A stretch of 64,000 nt of DNA, from positions 79,366 to 143,365 of the forward strand of contig PMCS01000008.1 in NCBI GenBank assembly GCA_003154195.1, written 5' to 3'. Of this stretch, positions 1-9,107 are shown piece after piece. The position numbers were made by a program, and so were the translations under genes. The notes beneath the pieces were generated by a model that did no database searches, had not been told where the DNA came from, and saw only the letters and a list, made by a program, of their open reading frames with translations. Numbering within the stretch: position 1 is the stretch's first letter; each line of letters opens with the position of its first letter. Origin of the DNA: Candidatus Omnitrophota bacterium. Its GTDB lineage: Bacteria; Omnitrophota; Gorgyraeia; Duberdicusellales; 4484-171.

Positions 1-498
1 CTTCAAGATAAGCGAAAACTTACTATTTTCAGGGCAATCACCCTTAAAATAGCCTAAGCATACCAAATAGCCGAAGGGCGTTAATATATCATACTCCTCC
101 AAAGCTTGCAAGGTTTTTTTCAACATTCCCTTACAATATGGCGGGTCGATAAATATTAAATCAAAACATTTTTTATGCTCGAAAAAGTCCTTGATCGCCT
201 TAATGCCGTCCTTTAAATAAACCTTAGTCTGCTGTTCAATCTTAAAAATACCGGCGGTCTTTTTGATATTTTCTATGCACTCGTTATCCCCCTCGACAAA
301 AACTGCCTCTTTAGCGCCGCAAGAAATAGCTTCCAGCCCCAAGCTTCCGCTGCCGGCAAAAAGATCCAACACGGAACTTCCCGCAACTTCTTTGCTTAAA
401 ATATCGAAACAAGCCTTACGAACAATGTTTAAAGCCGGACGCGTATTCTTCGCGCAAATAAAGTTTCTTCCTTTATATATACCCTGAATAATTTTCAT
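1..498 (-). CDS. rsmD: 16S rRNA m2G966 methyltransferase RsmD (3' end runs off the window)
   Basis: Manual translation from ATG at 498: MKIIQGIYKGRNF..TRPA..VRKACFDIL..DLFAGSGSLGLEAIS..IFIDPPY. Absent from the ORF track because it is truncated. Lies downstream of recG. Confidence 0.9.
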   Translation of the reverse strand, partial: MKIIQGIYKGRNFICAKNTRPALNIVRKACFDILSKEVAGSSVLDLFAGSGSLGLEAISCGAKEAVFVEGDNECIENIKKTAGIFKIEQQTKVYLKDGIKAIKDFFEHKKCFDLIFIDPPYCKGMLKKTLQALEEYDILTPFGYLVCLGYFKGDCPENSKFSLILK

Positions 499-507
499 AT
501 TAGAATC

Positions 508-536
508 TTGACAAGGGGATAAATTTTATGTACGAT
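508..536 (+). promoter_or_regulatory. sigma70-type promoter
   Basis: TTGACA-17 nt-TACGAT. It overlaps the ATG at 528, so the true start of the + strand ORF is probably ATG 549. Confidence 0.6.
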
Positions 537-929
537 AAAGATAACCTTATGTCTATACACCCCAATCCAGAATTTCACGTTGACTCCGCCAACCAAACAA
601 TTTTTCGTAATGCTTCTTTGCAAAAAATCCGTACCTTACGTTTGTTCTTCGTTTACGGGAATATAATTTTTATTATCGCCATGGCCTATGGAGCGTTGGG
701 AAAAATAACGTTTTTTATATCTCTACTCACATTTTTTTTATTATTTTTTTTAGCAACCGTCGCGGTAGCTTTCTGGCCTATGCCCAATATTTATTGTTCC
801 CAATGCAAAAAATCAATGCAAAACAAAAATGTTTTCGCTAAAGGAAAACTTGAACCGTTTTTGCTTTGTAGCGAATGCAAATTATACCTCGATCTTTCCG
901 ATATCAGCGAAAAACAAACCGCCCCTTAA
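528..929 (+). CDS. hypothetical AT-rich membrane protein, 2 TM helices plus C-terminal zinc ribbon
   Basis: Two hydrophobic stretches, then CSQC...CSEC. Opposite strand to its neighbours; has its own promoter. Confidence 0.65.
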   Translation: MYDKDNLMSIHPNPEFHVDSANQTIFRNASLQKIRTLRLFFVYGNIIFIIAMAYGALGKITFFISLLTFFLLFFLATVAVAFWPMPNIYCSQCKKSMQNKNVFAKGKLEPFLLCSECKLYLDLSDISEKQTAP

Positions 930-1040
930 AATATTGTAGGGGCGGCCCCCCGTGTCCGTCCGCTATGATTTATTTAACGATAACCGGATAATTTATTATT
1001 TTGTAACAGGCCGGCACAGAGGCCGGCCCCTATAATATTT
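928..1040. repeat. REPIN-like inverted doublet of GTAG-type REPs
   Basis: AAATATTGTAGGGGCGGCCCCCCGTGTCCGTCC (928-961) pairs imperfectly with GGCCGGCACAGAGGCCGGCCCCTATAATATTT (1009-1040) across an AT-rich spacer. Confidence 0.7.
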
Positions 1041-1071
1041 ATTTCCAAAACGCGCGAAGGCATTTTTCCGA

Positions 1072-3153
1072 TTAAGCATTGCTATCGTCTTTTTCCAATA
1101 ATTCCCAGGCAAGATGTTCCCGAATGCAGCGATTTTGCGCTTTTTCCAACTGGGGATCATTCTTAATCACATCATAAGCAAATTTACGCGCCTGATGCAA
1201 GACTTCCATATCGCGCAGCGGATTAGCGAGCTTTAATTCCGGCAGGCCATGCTGCAACGAACCAAAAAAGTCGCCCGGCCCACGCATCAGCAGATCCTCT
1301 TCGGCAATCTTAAATCCATCATTGGTTGCCTCAATAATTCCAATCCTTCGCCGCGCTTCTTCCGATAGTTTATCGGAACTAATGAGAACAAAATAAGGCT
1401 GAAGCTCCGAACGCTGGACCCTACCCCGTAATTGGTGAAGCTGCGCCAGGCCGAACTTCTCCGGATTCTCCACAAGCATTACGGTAGCGTTTTCGATATT
1501 CACCCCCACCTCGACTACCGTGGTACAAACTAAAATATCTATTGTTTTATTCCGGAATTTTTCGATAATTTCTATCTTTTCTTCATGCTTCATCGCCCCA
1601 TAGAATTTTGCCGCTTTGAATCCGTTGAATTCCCGGGAAATCTTCTTATACATTAATTCGACCGATTTATAATCATCGTCCTCGCTCTCTTCAATCAACG
1701 GATAAATAATATAAACCTGCCTACCCTCAACCAATCGTTCACGTAAAAATTTATAAATTTCCTTACGTTTGCCCTCTTTTACCGAAATGGTCTTAGGCGG
1801 TATCCGATTTTTCGGTAATTCTTTTATAACGCTCAAATCAAGGTCGCCGTAAATCGAAAGCGCCAGAGAACGCGGGATCGGCGTTGCGCTCATTACCAGG
1901 CAATGAGGGCTTATTTTCCCCTTTTTCGGCAAAAGCGCTCTTTGCGCCACGCCAAATTTATGCTGCTCATCGATAACCGCTAATCCTAAATCCTTAAATT
2001 CGACCTCCTCCTGAATTAAAGCGTGCGTGCCGATGATTATATCGGTTTCGCCGTTTTTTAACTTTTCCCTGGCTGCCTCGGATTGTTTTTTAGACAACCC
2101 CGAAAGCAAAATATCGATTTTAAACCCGAAACCGGAGAATAATTTTTCCAGGGTCCGATGATGCTGATAAGCGAGGACCTCTGTCGGCGCCATTAATGCC
2201 GCCTGCCTCTTATTATCGGCGCAAATCCCAATCGCGAACGCCGCGACCACGGTCTTGCCGCAGCCGACATCGCCCTGCAGCAGACGATGCATCGGATAGC
2301 CCTTGGCTAAATCCGCGAAAATATCGGACAAAACATTTTCCTGTGACGCAGTTAAAACAAACGCCAGCTTGCTTTTAATTCGTTTTACCAATTCATCGCT
2401 TATCTTAAAAACCGGCCCCAGCTGCCGGCTCCGGCGGGCTTTGCGTAAATACACTAAAACCTGAGAAAAAAATAACTCTTCAAAAATAAATCTTTCCCGC
2501 GCGGTTTGCGCCTCATCCCAGGAAACCGGGAAATGAATCTCCTCTAACCCTTTGGCGATATTAGGAATACCCTTTTCTTTTCTTATATCGAACGGCAGGG
2601 GGTCTTTTAATTGAACCTTGAATTCGGCAAGAGAAGAAAAAATTGTTTTACGCAAGAATTTCTGGGTAAACGACGGGCAAAGGCGATAGACCGGAACAAT
2701 CCGGTTTAAATTTAAAGAATCGTCGCCATCCCGGGTCGCCAACTCGAATTCCGGCGAAACAAATTGCAGGGCGCTTCCCTTAACGGCCGGCTTTCCGTAA
2801 ATAATAATTTCATCGTTTACTTTTATTTTATCGGCCAACCAACCCTGATTAAACCAAACGCAATTAATTTTACCGGTATCATCGGCCAGAACAACTTCAA
2901 AAATATCCCGTACATGCGTTTTGGCACGCATAAAATACGGTATTTGCTTAAACCGGCGCGCGGCGACTCTGGCTTTGAGAAGCGCGGTTTCTTTTTCTTT
3001 AAGCTCTTTGATCTTTTTAAGGTTTCGCCGGTCTTCGTAACGAAAAGGGAAATAATAGAAGAGATCTTTTATATTACGCACGCCGAGCCTGGCGAACACT
3101 TCGGCTTTCTTGGGGCCGATACCTTTAAGATAGCGCAATTCTGTGGGGAGCAT
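1072..3153 (-). CDS. recG: ATP-dependent DNA helicase RecG
   Basis: GDVGCGKT, DEQH, SATPIPR, GLAQLHQLRGRV, RGPG motifs; N-terminal wedge domain. Confidence 0.98.
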   Translation of the reverse strand: MLPTELRYLKGIGPKKAEVFARLGVRNIKDLFYYFPFRYEDRRNLKKIKELKEKETALLKARVAARRFKQIPYFMRAKTHVRDIFEVVLADDTGKINCVWFNQGWLADKIKVNDEIIIYGKPAVKGSALQFVSPEFELATRDGDDSLNLNRIVPVYRLCPSFTQKFLRKTIFSSLAEFKVQLKDPLPFDIRKEKGIPNIAKGLEEIHFPVSWDEAQTARERFIFEELFFSQVLVYLRKARRSRQLGPVFKISDELVKRIKSKLAFVLTASQENVLSDIFADLAKGYPMHRLLQGDVGCGKTVVAAFAIGICADNKRQAALMAPTEVLAYQHHRTLEKLFSGFGFKIDILLSGLSKKQSEAAREKLKNGETDIIIGTHALIQEEVEFKDLGLAVIDEQHKFGVAQRALLPKKGKISPHCLVMSATPIPRSLALSIYGDLDLSVIKELPKNRIPPKTISVKEGKRKEIYKFLRERLVEGRQVYIIYPLIEESEDDDYKSVELMYKKISREFNGFKAAKFYGAMKHEEKIEIIEKFRNKTIDILVCTTVVEVGVNIENATVMLVENPEKFGLAQLHQLRGRVQRSELQPYFVLISSDKLSEEARRRIGIIEATNDGFKIAEEDLLMRGPGDFFGSLQHGLPELKLANPLRDMEVLHQARKFAYDVIKNDPQLEKAQNRCIREHLAWELLEKDDSNA

Positions 3154-3169
3154 GCTTAAATTAAAAAAC

Positions 3170-3310
3170 GGTTAGGGCAATGGTAACGATGCCAGTATGG
3201 GTTATGGCTATGGTTAGGGCTGTAAATTTGTACCAGCCTTAACCCTTGCCTTTGCCCAAACCGGCCTCCTTACCTTAGCCTTAGCCTAATAAGTAACCTT
3301 AGCCTTACCC
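3170..3310. repeat. family A telomere-like hexamer hairpin element, empty copy
   Basis: G-rich GGYWAR arm, central GGCTGTAAATTTGTACCAGCC, C-rich arm with CCCAAACCGGC. Homologous to 63573-63836. Confidence 0.85.
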
Positions 3311-3334
3311 AAAAAGAAATTTTATGCCCTTTAA

Positions 3335-4099
3335 TTATCCGGTGTCTCTTTCAGAATCACAAATAAATAATCGCTTGAAATACTCTTCAATGACGCTTTT
3401 ATGGTCGAACGCCATCTCCGGCGGTAAATTATCGGGCGTAAAAATACCCGCCCCTTTAGCGTCGGAAGCGGCTTTTAAAATTCCTTTGCCTTTGCCGTAA
3501 AAAACAATAGTAACCGTATGAAATCGCGGGTCCCGTTCGGGCCGGGAACAGACTTTAAAAAGTTTATAGCCGGTAAAGTCTAAACCGGTTTCTTCCTTCA
3601 CTTCGCGCCTGACGCCTTCCTCGGCGCTTTCGCCATAATCAAGAAAACCTCCCGGCATCGCCCAGCCGAAAGGAGGATTGGAACGCTCGATCAAAACCAC
3701 GCCGTTATTGTATTCGATGATTCCATCGACAGTGACAAACGGCCCCTGGCAAAGTACGTTAACCAGATGGCCGAGATAACCGGTTAAAATTTTTTTAAAA
3801 AAAGAGACGTCCTTTTCATTATTTAAAGTAAAAATAATTTCTTTTATCGCAGGGTTTTTTGTTTCCCGCGAATAGCGCCAGGCTTCCTGCGCCATAATCC
3901 GGCTGCTCCAGGCAACAGGAAAATCCTTGCTGTGGGGCGCGGGAACTAGAATCCGCCGTTTTCGTTGTTTCTGCCCGGCCAAGAGAATACCGCGCGTCCA
4001 CAATCTTAATGAATTTTCGTCTAAATTCGTGCCGCCGTCAAAAATCTTCTTACCTTTGGCCGATTCAACAACCGATATTTTTATCCCACGAATAATCAT
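3335..4099 (-). CDS. NUDIX hydrolase (ADP-ribose pyrophosphatase-like) with degenerate macrodomain-like N-terminus
   Basis: Nudix box GGFLDYGESAEEGVRREVKEETG, RDPRFHTV and AFDH motifs. Start ATG 4099 preferred. Confidence 0.85.
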   Translation of the reverse strand: MIIRGIKISVVESAKGKKIFDGGTNLDENSLRLWTRGILLAGQKQRKRRILVPAPHSKDFPVAWSSRIMAQEAWRYSRETKNPAIKEIIFTLNNEKDVSFFKKILTGYLGHLVNVLCQGPFVTVDGIIEYNNGVVLIERSNPPFGWAMPGGFLDYGESAEEGVRREVKEETGLDFTGYKLFKVCSRPERDPRFHTVTIVFYGKGKGILKAASDAKGAGIFTPDNLPPEMAFDHKSVIEEYFKRLFICDSERDTG

Positions 4100-4253
4100 A
4101 ACGCACACCAAACCCCTTACTCTTTTTTAGCCACTATGGACTTATTATTTAGGTATCTCTGGATTATATCTATATATTTTTCGCGCATTTCAACCTAAAA
4201 TTATATTAATTTTTTTGTTTTTTGCTTGCCGTTATTTTTCTATATCAATTTTT

Positions 4254-4318
4254 ATCCGTGACTATCCGTCCCCTTCGGGGAGGCTTCGCTTCGCTACGCA
4301 CTGTAAATCCGTGGCCAA
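4254..4318. repeat. ATCCGTG decamer arm with nested GC hairpin
   Basis: atccgtgact atccgt[ccccttcggggaggcttcgcttcgctacgcact]gtaa atccgtggc; the uninterrupted equivalent is at 32023-32051. Confidence 0.65.
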
Positions 4319-4364
4319 AAAATATTTTTGATTCGACAATTTCGTATGTTTCATAGCAGACGGG

Positions 4365-5912
4365 TTATGCCCTCGCTCTTCTATCTTTTCGTCCCAGCGG
4401 CTGCTGCCGCAGACGTCCCACGTCCTTCGGTTTTTCTCTGACACTTTGACACTCTGACACTATTCTTTCGTCCCTCTTCCCTTGTCTCCTCACTAAGCTC
4501 TCCGCTATCCGGTAAGCATCCTGTTTGGTAGTAACCTTACCCAAAGCCTGCTCTTCCTTAATTTTAGTAAGAATTATACCAACCAACCTCGACGGCTTTA
4601 AACCAAATTTTTTCATTATATCATATCCGTCGATAATTTTAATAACGGGTTTTGTTTTTTTGGCATCGAAATAGCCTTGCGCCAGATCAAGCATAATCCG
4701 TTCATGCCTTTTCCTTTTTTTACTGTCGGTCTTTGGGCCACGCGTAGCGCGCCAATCGGAAAGAGAGAGCAAAATTACCGCTACGCCGTCTTCTCCCGTG
4801 TCGCGAAAAAAACGGTATACCGCCCGGAGCGTCGGTTTTTTCTGGTCCGCTAAAAATCCCGGCCGCATATGCCAGAAGATAAGTTTTTTTAAAATTTCCC
4901 TTTCCCGGGAAGAAAGCCTCAGGCGTTCGGCAACTTCTTCGGCCATTTCCCGGCCGATTTTTTCGTGGCCGTAAAAAATCGTCTTACCGTCTTTGTTCGC
5001 CTTAGCGGCGGGCTTACCGATATCATGCAAAAGACAGGCTAATTTTATAATCTGGGAAAGCTTGCGATTTTGCGCCGGTTCTTCGGCCAGATAATTTAGA
5101 AAATCGCCGCAGCGGTTGAATCGCCGGCGGTAAAGTAATTCAAACTGGCGTAACGCTTCCAGCGAATGGGCCAGGACATCAAGATGGTGATACCCCCCTT
5201 CCTGGGTAACCCCCCTGGCTTCGGCAATATGAGGGATGACTTCATCCAGAATAGAAAGCTTCTCCATTATTTTTATTGCCGAAAGCGAACAGGGAGCGGC
5301 AAATATTTTAAATAATTCCTCGCCGATTCTCTCTCCGGAAACATTTTCGATTAATTGCCTGGCGCGGGCCATTAATCCTAAAGTCCGTTTTTCGATACGG
5401 AAACCATAATTTACCATTATCGAAAAACCGCGCAAAATTCGCAAGGGATCGTCGCTAAAACTATTATCGGCGACAACCCTTATAGTCTTTCCCGCTAAAT
5501 CGCGGCAGGCATTAAATTCATCAATCAACACTGGTTTGACACTGGAAATATTTACCGCCAAAGTATTGATGGTAAAATCGCGCCGGATTAAATCCTGCGA
5601 AAAATCATCGCCGCGCATTAAAGTAAAATCATAAGATAAAATTTTGCCTTTCGTCTTTATTATTACTCGATAGCTGCCATGCGCTTTGTCCAAGGTTATA
5701 AACCGGGAACGTGTTTTTTGAGCAAATTCTTTTACAAAAGGCAGAATTCCATCATCGACGCAAAAATCGAAATCAAAAAATTCTTTATTTCTATTTAGGC
5801 ATACATCGCGCAAGAAGCCGCCGACCAGCCAGACATCAATATTTTTTTTACGGCTTATTTTAGAAATTAAAGAAAGGCGGGGGATGATTTTGAGAGCTTT
5901 GGTCAGATTCAT
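4365..5912 (-). CDS. CCA-adding enzyme / poly(A) polymerase family nucleotidyltransferase with HD domain
   Basis: VGGFLRD..DFDF, RRDFTIN, DDPLRILR, ERI, LLHDIGK motifs. Confidence 0.93.
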   Translation of the reverse strand: MNLTKALKIIPRLSLISKISRKKNIDVWLVGGFLRDVCLNRNKEFFDFDFCVDDGILPFVKEFAQKTRSRFITLDKAHGSYRVIIKTKGKILSYDFTLMRGDDFSQDLIRRDFTINTLAVNISSVKPVLIDEFNACRDLAGKTIRVVADNSFSDDPLRILRGFSIMVNYGFRIEKRTLGLMARARQLIENVSGERIGEELFKIFAAPCSLSAIKIMEKLSILDEVIPHIAEARGVTQEGGYHHLDVLAHSLEALRQFELLYRRRFNRCGDFLNYLAEEPAQNRKLSQIIKLACLLHDIGKPAAKANKDGKTIFYGHEKIGREMAEEVAERLRLSSREREILKKLIFWHMRPGFLADQKKPTLRAVYRFFRDTGEDGVAVILLSLSDWRATRGPKTDSKKRKRHERIMLDLAQGYFDAKKTKPVIKIIDGYDIMKKFGLKPSRLVGIILTKIKEEQALGKVTTKQDAYRIAESLVRRQGKRDERIVSECQSVREKPKDVGRLRQQPLGRKDRRARA

Positions 5913-6329
5913 TTAAATCACAGGCGGATTGTTTTCCTCCGCTAATTTATCCAGCACTTTGTCGTCGACAAAAATCGGTGCTTTAGTTCTTACCGCCAAA
6001 GCGACGCCGTCGGAAGGGCGAGCATCGACGATTTTTAATTTTCCGGTATTATCTTTAAGATAAAGTTTAGCGTGAAACGTTCCTTCCAGAAGTTTATCGA
6101 TAACGATTTTTTCCAATCCCGCCCCCAGAGATTTAATAATCGCGCACGCTAAATCATGCGTCAGGGGGCGCGAAGACACAAAACCACCGATTTGCGTCCG
6201 TATCGCTACCGCTTCGTTGATCCCAATAATAACGGGAAAAATGCGGTCGCCGCCGCTTTCTTTTAAAACGATGACCTGTTCGCTTTTCGCTTCGTCGATA
6301 ACAATGCGGGATAATTCGAATTCAACCAT
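5913..6329 (-). CDS. bifunctional nuclease family protein (DUF151)
   Basis: IGINEA, RPLTHDL, DARPSD motifs. Confidence 0.92.
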   Translation of the reverse strand: MVEFELSRIVIDEAKSEQVIVLKESGGDRIFPVIIGINEAVAIRTQIGGFVSSRPLTHDLACAIIKSLGAGLEKIVIDKLLEGTFHAKLYLKDNTGKLKIVDARPSDGVALAVRTKAPIFVDDKVLDKLAEENNPPVI

Positions 6330-6399
6330 AACCGGAAAAATGCGGCAAACGCATTTTTCCGGTCCTGCCCTGCCTATCGGCAGGAAAAAATGCCGTTTA
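6329..6399. repeat. 71-bp double-hairpin element (inverted copy at 43892-43962)
   Basis: TAACCGGAAAAATGCGGCAAACGCATTTTTCCGGTCCTGCCCTGCCTATCGGCAGGAAAAA versus the reverse complement of 43892-43962, TAACCGAGAAAATGCGGTTACGCATTTTCTCGGTCTTGCCCTGCCTTAGGCAGGAAAAA. Confidence 0.8.
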
Positions 6400-6411
6400 C
6401 CTTTCTTCTCC

Positions 6412-6457
6412 TATCCGCGAAGCGGATGATAATTATTTTTTGCTTCGCAAAAAATAA
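6412..6457. repeat. family C bipartite hairpin
   Basis: ATCCGCGAAGCGGAT followed by TTATTTTTTGCTTCGCAAAAAATAA. Confidence 0.8.
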
Positions 6458-6460
6458 TGT

Positions 6461-6922
6461 TTATTTTATTTTCTTGCTGAGGATTTCGCGCATTTCACGC
6501 ATGAACTGGTTAATATCTTTGAATTGGCGGTAAACCGAAGCAAAACGGACATAGGCGACGTCATCCAGCTTGGCTAGTTTCTCGACGACTATTTCCCCTA
6601 ACTGACGCGATTCTATTTCCTGTTCGAATTTCTTTTGGACATCCAGCTCGACCTCACTGACCATGCTTTCCATTTTTTCCATACTTACCGGGCGCTTTTC
6701 GCAAGCCTTTAGCAGGCCGTTTAAAATTTTCTGGCGGTTGAACGGCTCGCGCCGGCCATCTTTTTTTATTACCATCAAGGGAGTTTTTTCTATATACTCG
6801 TAAGTGGTAAAACGTTTACCGCAGTTGATACATTCACGGCGCCGACGCACCGCTGTGCTTTCCGCGGTTTCCCTTGAATCGATTACCTTATCTTCATTAT
6901 GGTTGCAAAAAGGGCATTTCAT
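6461..6922 (-). CDS. nrdR: transcriptional repressor NrdR
   Basis: MKCPFC..DSR..RRRREC..RFTTYE zinc ribbon plus ATP cone; [10 protein letters not shown]. Confidence 0.98.
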   Translation of the reverse strand: MKCPFCNHNEDKVIDSRETAESTAVRRRRECINCGKRFTTYEYIEKTPLMVIKKDGRREPFNRQKILNGLLKACEKRPVSMEKMESMVSEVELDVQKKFEQEIESRQLGEIVVEKLAKLDDVAYVRFASVYRQFKDINQFMREMREILSKKIK

Positions 6923-7013
6923 TTAATCCCTCCCTTTAATGAGCAGATACTTTACAAATTTTTACCAAAATTTGTAAAGTATAGTACCGCTCCGGCGGGA
7001 CGTCTGCGAATTA

Positions 7014-7124
7014 AACCCCGCCCTTTTGGCGTCATCGATAAATCAAACTTTTCTTTATAATAACCGCTCTATAATTACAATAAACCGTTTTTTCATCTAA
7101 ACATCTCGCCAAAAGGGCGGGGTC
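7014..7124. mobile_element. MITE-like element with ~17-bp terminal inverted repeats
   Basis: ACCCCGCCCTTTTGGCG ... CGCCAAAAGGGCGGGGT around an AT-rich interior; flanked by two family B-type elements. Confidence 0.6.
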
Positions 7125-7183
7125 AAATTCGACTACGTATTTTTGCTGCACTCATCGAGCCGGCAAAAATCCAAATCTCATTT
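7125..7183. repeat. family B 59-bp element, variant interior
   Basis: AAATTCGACTAC...AAATCTCATTT, exactly 59 bp; contains the stop codon of the dCMP deaminase gene. Confidence 0.7.
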
Positions 7184-7639
7184 GATTTTTATCTTCCGCA
7201 ATTTTACCTTCGCTTCTTTCAAAAAAGACGCCGCCATTTTATCGGGATAATCGCCGGCAACAATGACTTCTTTTATACCGACATTTACAATCATCTTTGC
7301 GCAGATGCTGCAAGGCGTATGAGTAATATACAAAATACTGTCTTTTGCCGATATTCCGTGCCGCGCCGCCTGCAAAAATACATTTTGTTCGGCATGCAGC
7401 CCGCGGCAAATCTCATGGCGCTCGCCGCTGGGCACATTAAGTTTCTGGCGAAGACAACCGACGATATCGCAATGCGTAATTCCCGCCGGCGCGCCATTAT
7501 ACCCGGTAGCAAGGACATGCCGGTCATTAACCAATACTGCGCCGACTTGCCGGCGCAAGCAGCTGGAACGCTCGCTCACCAGATACGCCACCTTCATGAA
7601 ATATTCGTCCCACTTAGGCCGGCTGGTATTTTTTGCCAT
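7178..7639 (-). CDS. dCMP deaminase (cytidine/deoxycytidylate deaminase family)
   Basis: RPxWDEYFM, TGYNG, HAEQN, PCSIC motifs. Confidence 0.93.
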   Translation of the reverse strand: MAKNTSRPKWDEYFMKVAYLVSERSSCLRRQVGAVLVNDRHVLATGYNGAPAGITHCDIVGCLRQKLNVPSGERHEICRGLHAEQNVFLQAARHGISAKDSILYITHTPCSICAKMIVNVGIKEVIVAGDYPDKMAASFLKEAKVKLRKIKIK

Positions 7640-7663
7640 GCGAAAATCCTTATTTTACGGTAA

Positions 7664-8911
7664 CTATTCTAAATTTTCGTATAAGGGAAATTTATTGGTT
7701 AATTCAATCACGCTCTTTTTAATTTTTCCCAATTCGTCAATATTATCTTTGTTGGATAACGCCGCATCAATAAAGCCGGCGATTTGAGCGATTTGTTCCT
7801 CTTTCATCCCGCGGGTAGTCATCGCGGGAGTGCCGATTCTTATGCCACTGGCCGTTGCCGGCGGCTGGGGGTCATAAGGAATCAGATTCTTATTAACCGT
7901 TATATTTACTTCATCCAGGATAACCGTCGCTTCCTTGCCGGTAATGTTTTTTGGCCTTAAATCCACCAGGAATAAATGGGTATCGGTACCGCCGCCGACA
8001 ATCCGATACCCTTTTCCTTCAAGACATTTGGCAAAATAAGCGGCATTAACCACGACCTGTTTTTGATATTGGACAAATTCCGGCCTTAACGCCTGGCCGA
8101 AGGCCACAGCTTTTGCCGCGATAATATGCATCAATGGCCCGCCCTGTATGCCGGGGAAAACCGCCGTATCGATTTTTTTAGCGAATTCTTTACGGCAAAG
8201 GATAAACCCGGCGCGGGGACCCCTTAAAGTCTTATGCGTAGTGGACGTAACAAACTCGGCATATTCGCAAGGATTAGGATGAATTTTGGCGGCAACTAAA
8301 CCGGCAAAATGGGCCATATCTACCAATAAGTACGCGCCGACCTTATCGGCAATCTGACGAAATTTCTTAAAATCGATGACCCGCGGATAAGCACTTGCCC
8401 CAGCGATGATCATCTTAGGTTTATGCTGTAAAGCTAAAGACTCGATTTCACCGTAATCGAGGCGTTCGGTATCTCGATTCACGCCGTAAGCGACAATATT
8501 ATAAAATTTGCCGCTAAAATTCAGCTTATGGCCGTGCGAAAGATGTCCGCCGCACGCTAAATCCATGGCCAGGATTGTATCTTTCGGCTCTAAAACCGCC
8601 AGCATCACCGCCATATTCGCCTGTGTTCCCGAATGGGGCTGGACATTGGCATGTTCGGCGCCAAAAAGAGCTTTTACCCGGTCGCGGGCCAGGTCTTCAA
8701 CCTCATCGACAAAACGGCAACCGCCATACCAACGAGCCCGGGGATATCCTTCGGCATATTTGTTGGTAAGGACTGAACCCTGCGCTTCGAGGACCGCCGG
8801 AGAAGTAAAATTTTCGCTGGCAATCAATTCAATATGCTCGCGCTGGCGCGTAAGTTCTCTCTGGATACTCGCGAATATTTCCGGATCGGCGTTTCTTAAA
8901 ATATCAGACAT
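7664..8911 (-). CDS. glyA: serine hydroxymethyltransferase
   Basis: [33 protein letters not shown] motifs. Confidence 0.99.
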   Translation of the reverse strand: MSDILRNADPEIFASIQRELTRQREHIELIASENFTSPAVLEAQGSVLTNKYAEGYPRARWYGGCRFVDEVEDLARDRVKALFGAEHANVQPHSGTQANMAVMLAVLEPKDTILAMDLACGGHLSHGHKLNFSGKFYNIVAYGVNRDTERLDYGEIESLALQHKPKMIIAGASAYPRVIDFKKFRQIADKVGAYLLVDMAHFAGLVAAKIHPNPCEYAEFVTSTTHKTLRGPRAGFILCRKEFAKKIDTAVFPGIQGGPLMHIIAAKAVAFGQALRPEFVQYQKQVVVNAAYFAKCLEGKGYRIVGGGTDTHLFLVDLRPKNITGKEATVILDEVNITVNKNLIPYDPQPPATASGIRIGTPAMTTRGMKEEQIAQIAGFIDAALSNKDNIDELGKIKKSVIELTNKFPLYENLE

Positions 8912-8958
8912 GTTTTACCTCTTGTTAAATTAAAAAAGACATTTCAATTCTTACCGGC

Positions 8959-9107
8959 ACCCTGGCCATTGCCTTTACCCAAACCGGCTTTCCGCCTTCG
9001 CTAAAGTTAGCCTGATAGGCAAAACCTATCCATATTTGATGGCTGGCTTCGGCGAGACTTCTCCAAAGCTCGAAGAGCGAAGGAGAGCCTAACCCTGGCC
9101 CTAACCC
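8959..9107. repeat. family A arm with nested REP-like insert
   Basis: CCCAAACCGGC core. Its insert is the reverse complement of 63596-63747, with matching CCTTCGCTCTTCGAGCTT and TAGCGAAGGCGGAAAGCC. Supplies the rpiB stop codon. Confidence 0.8.
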
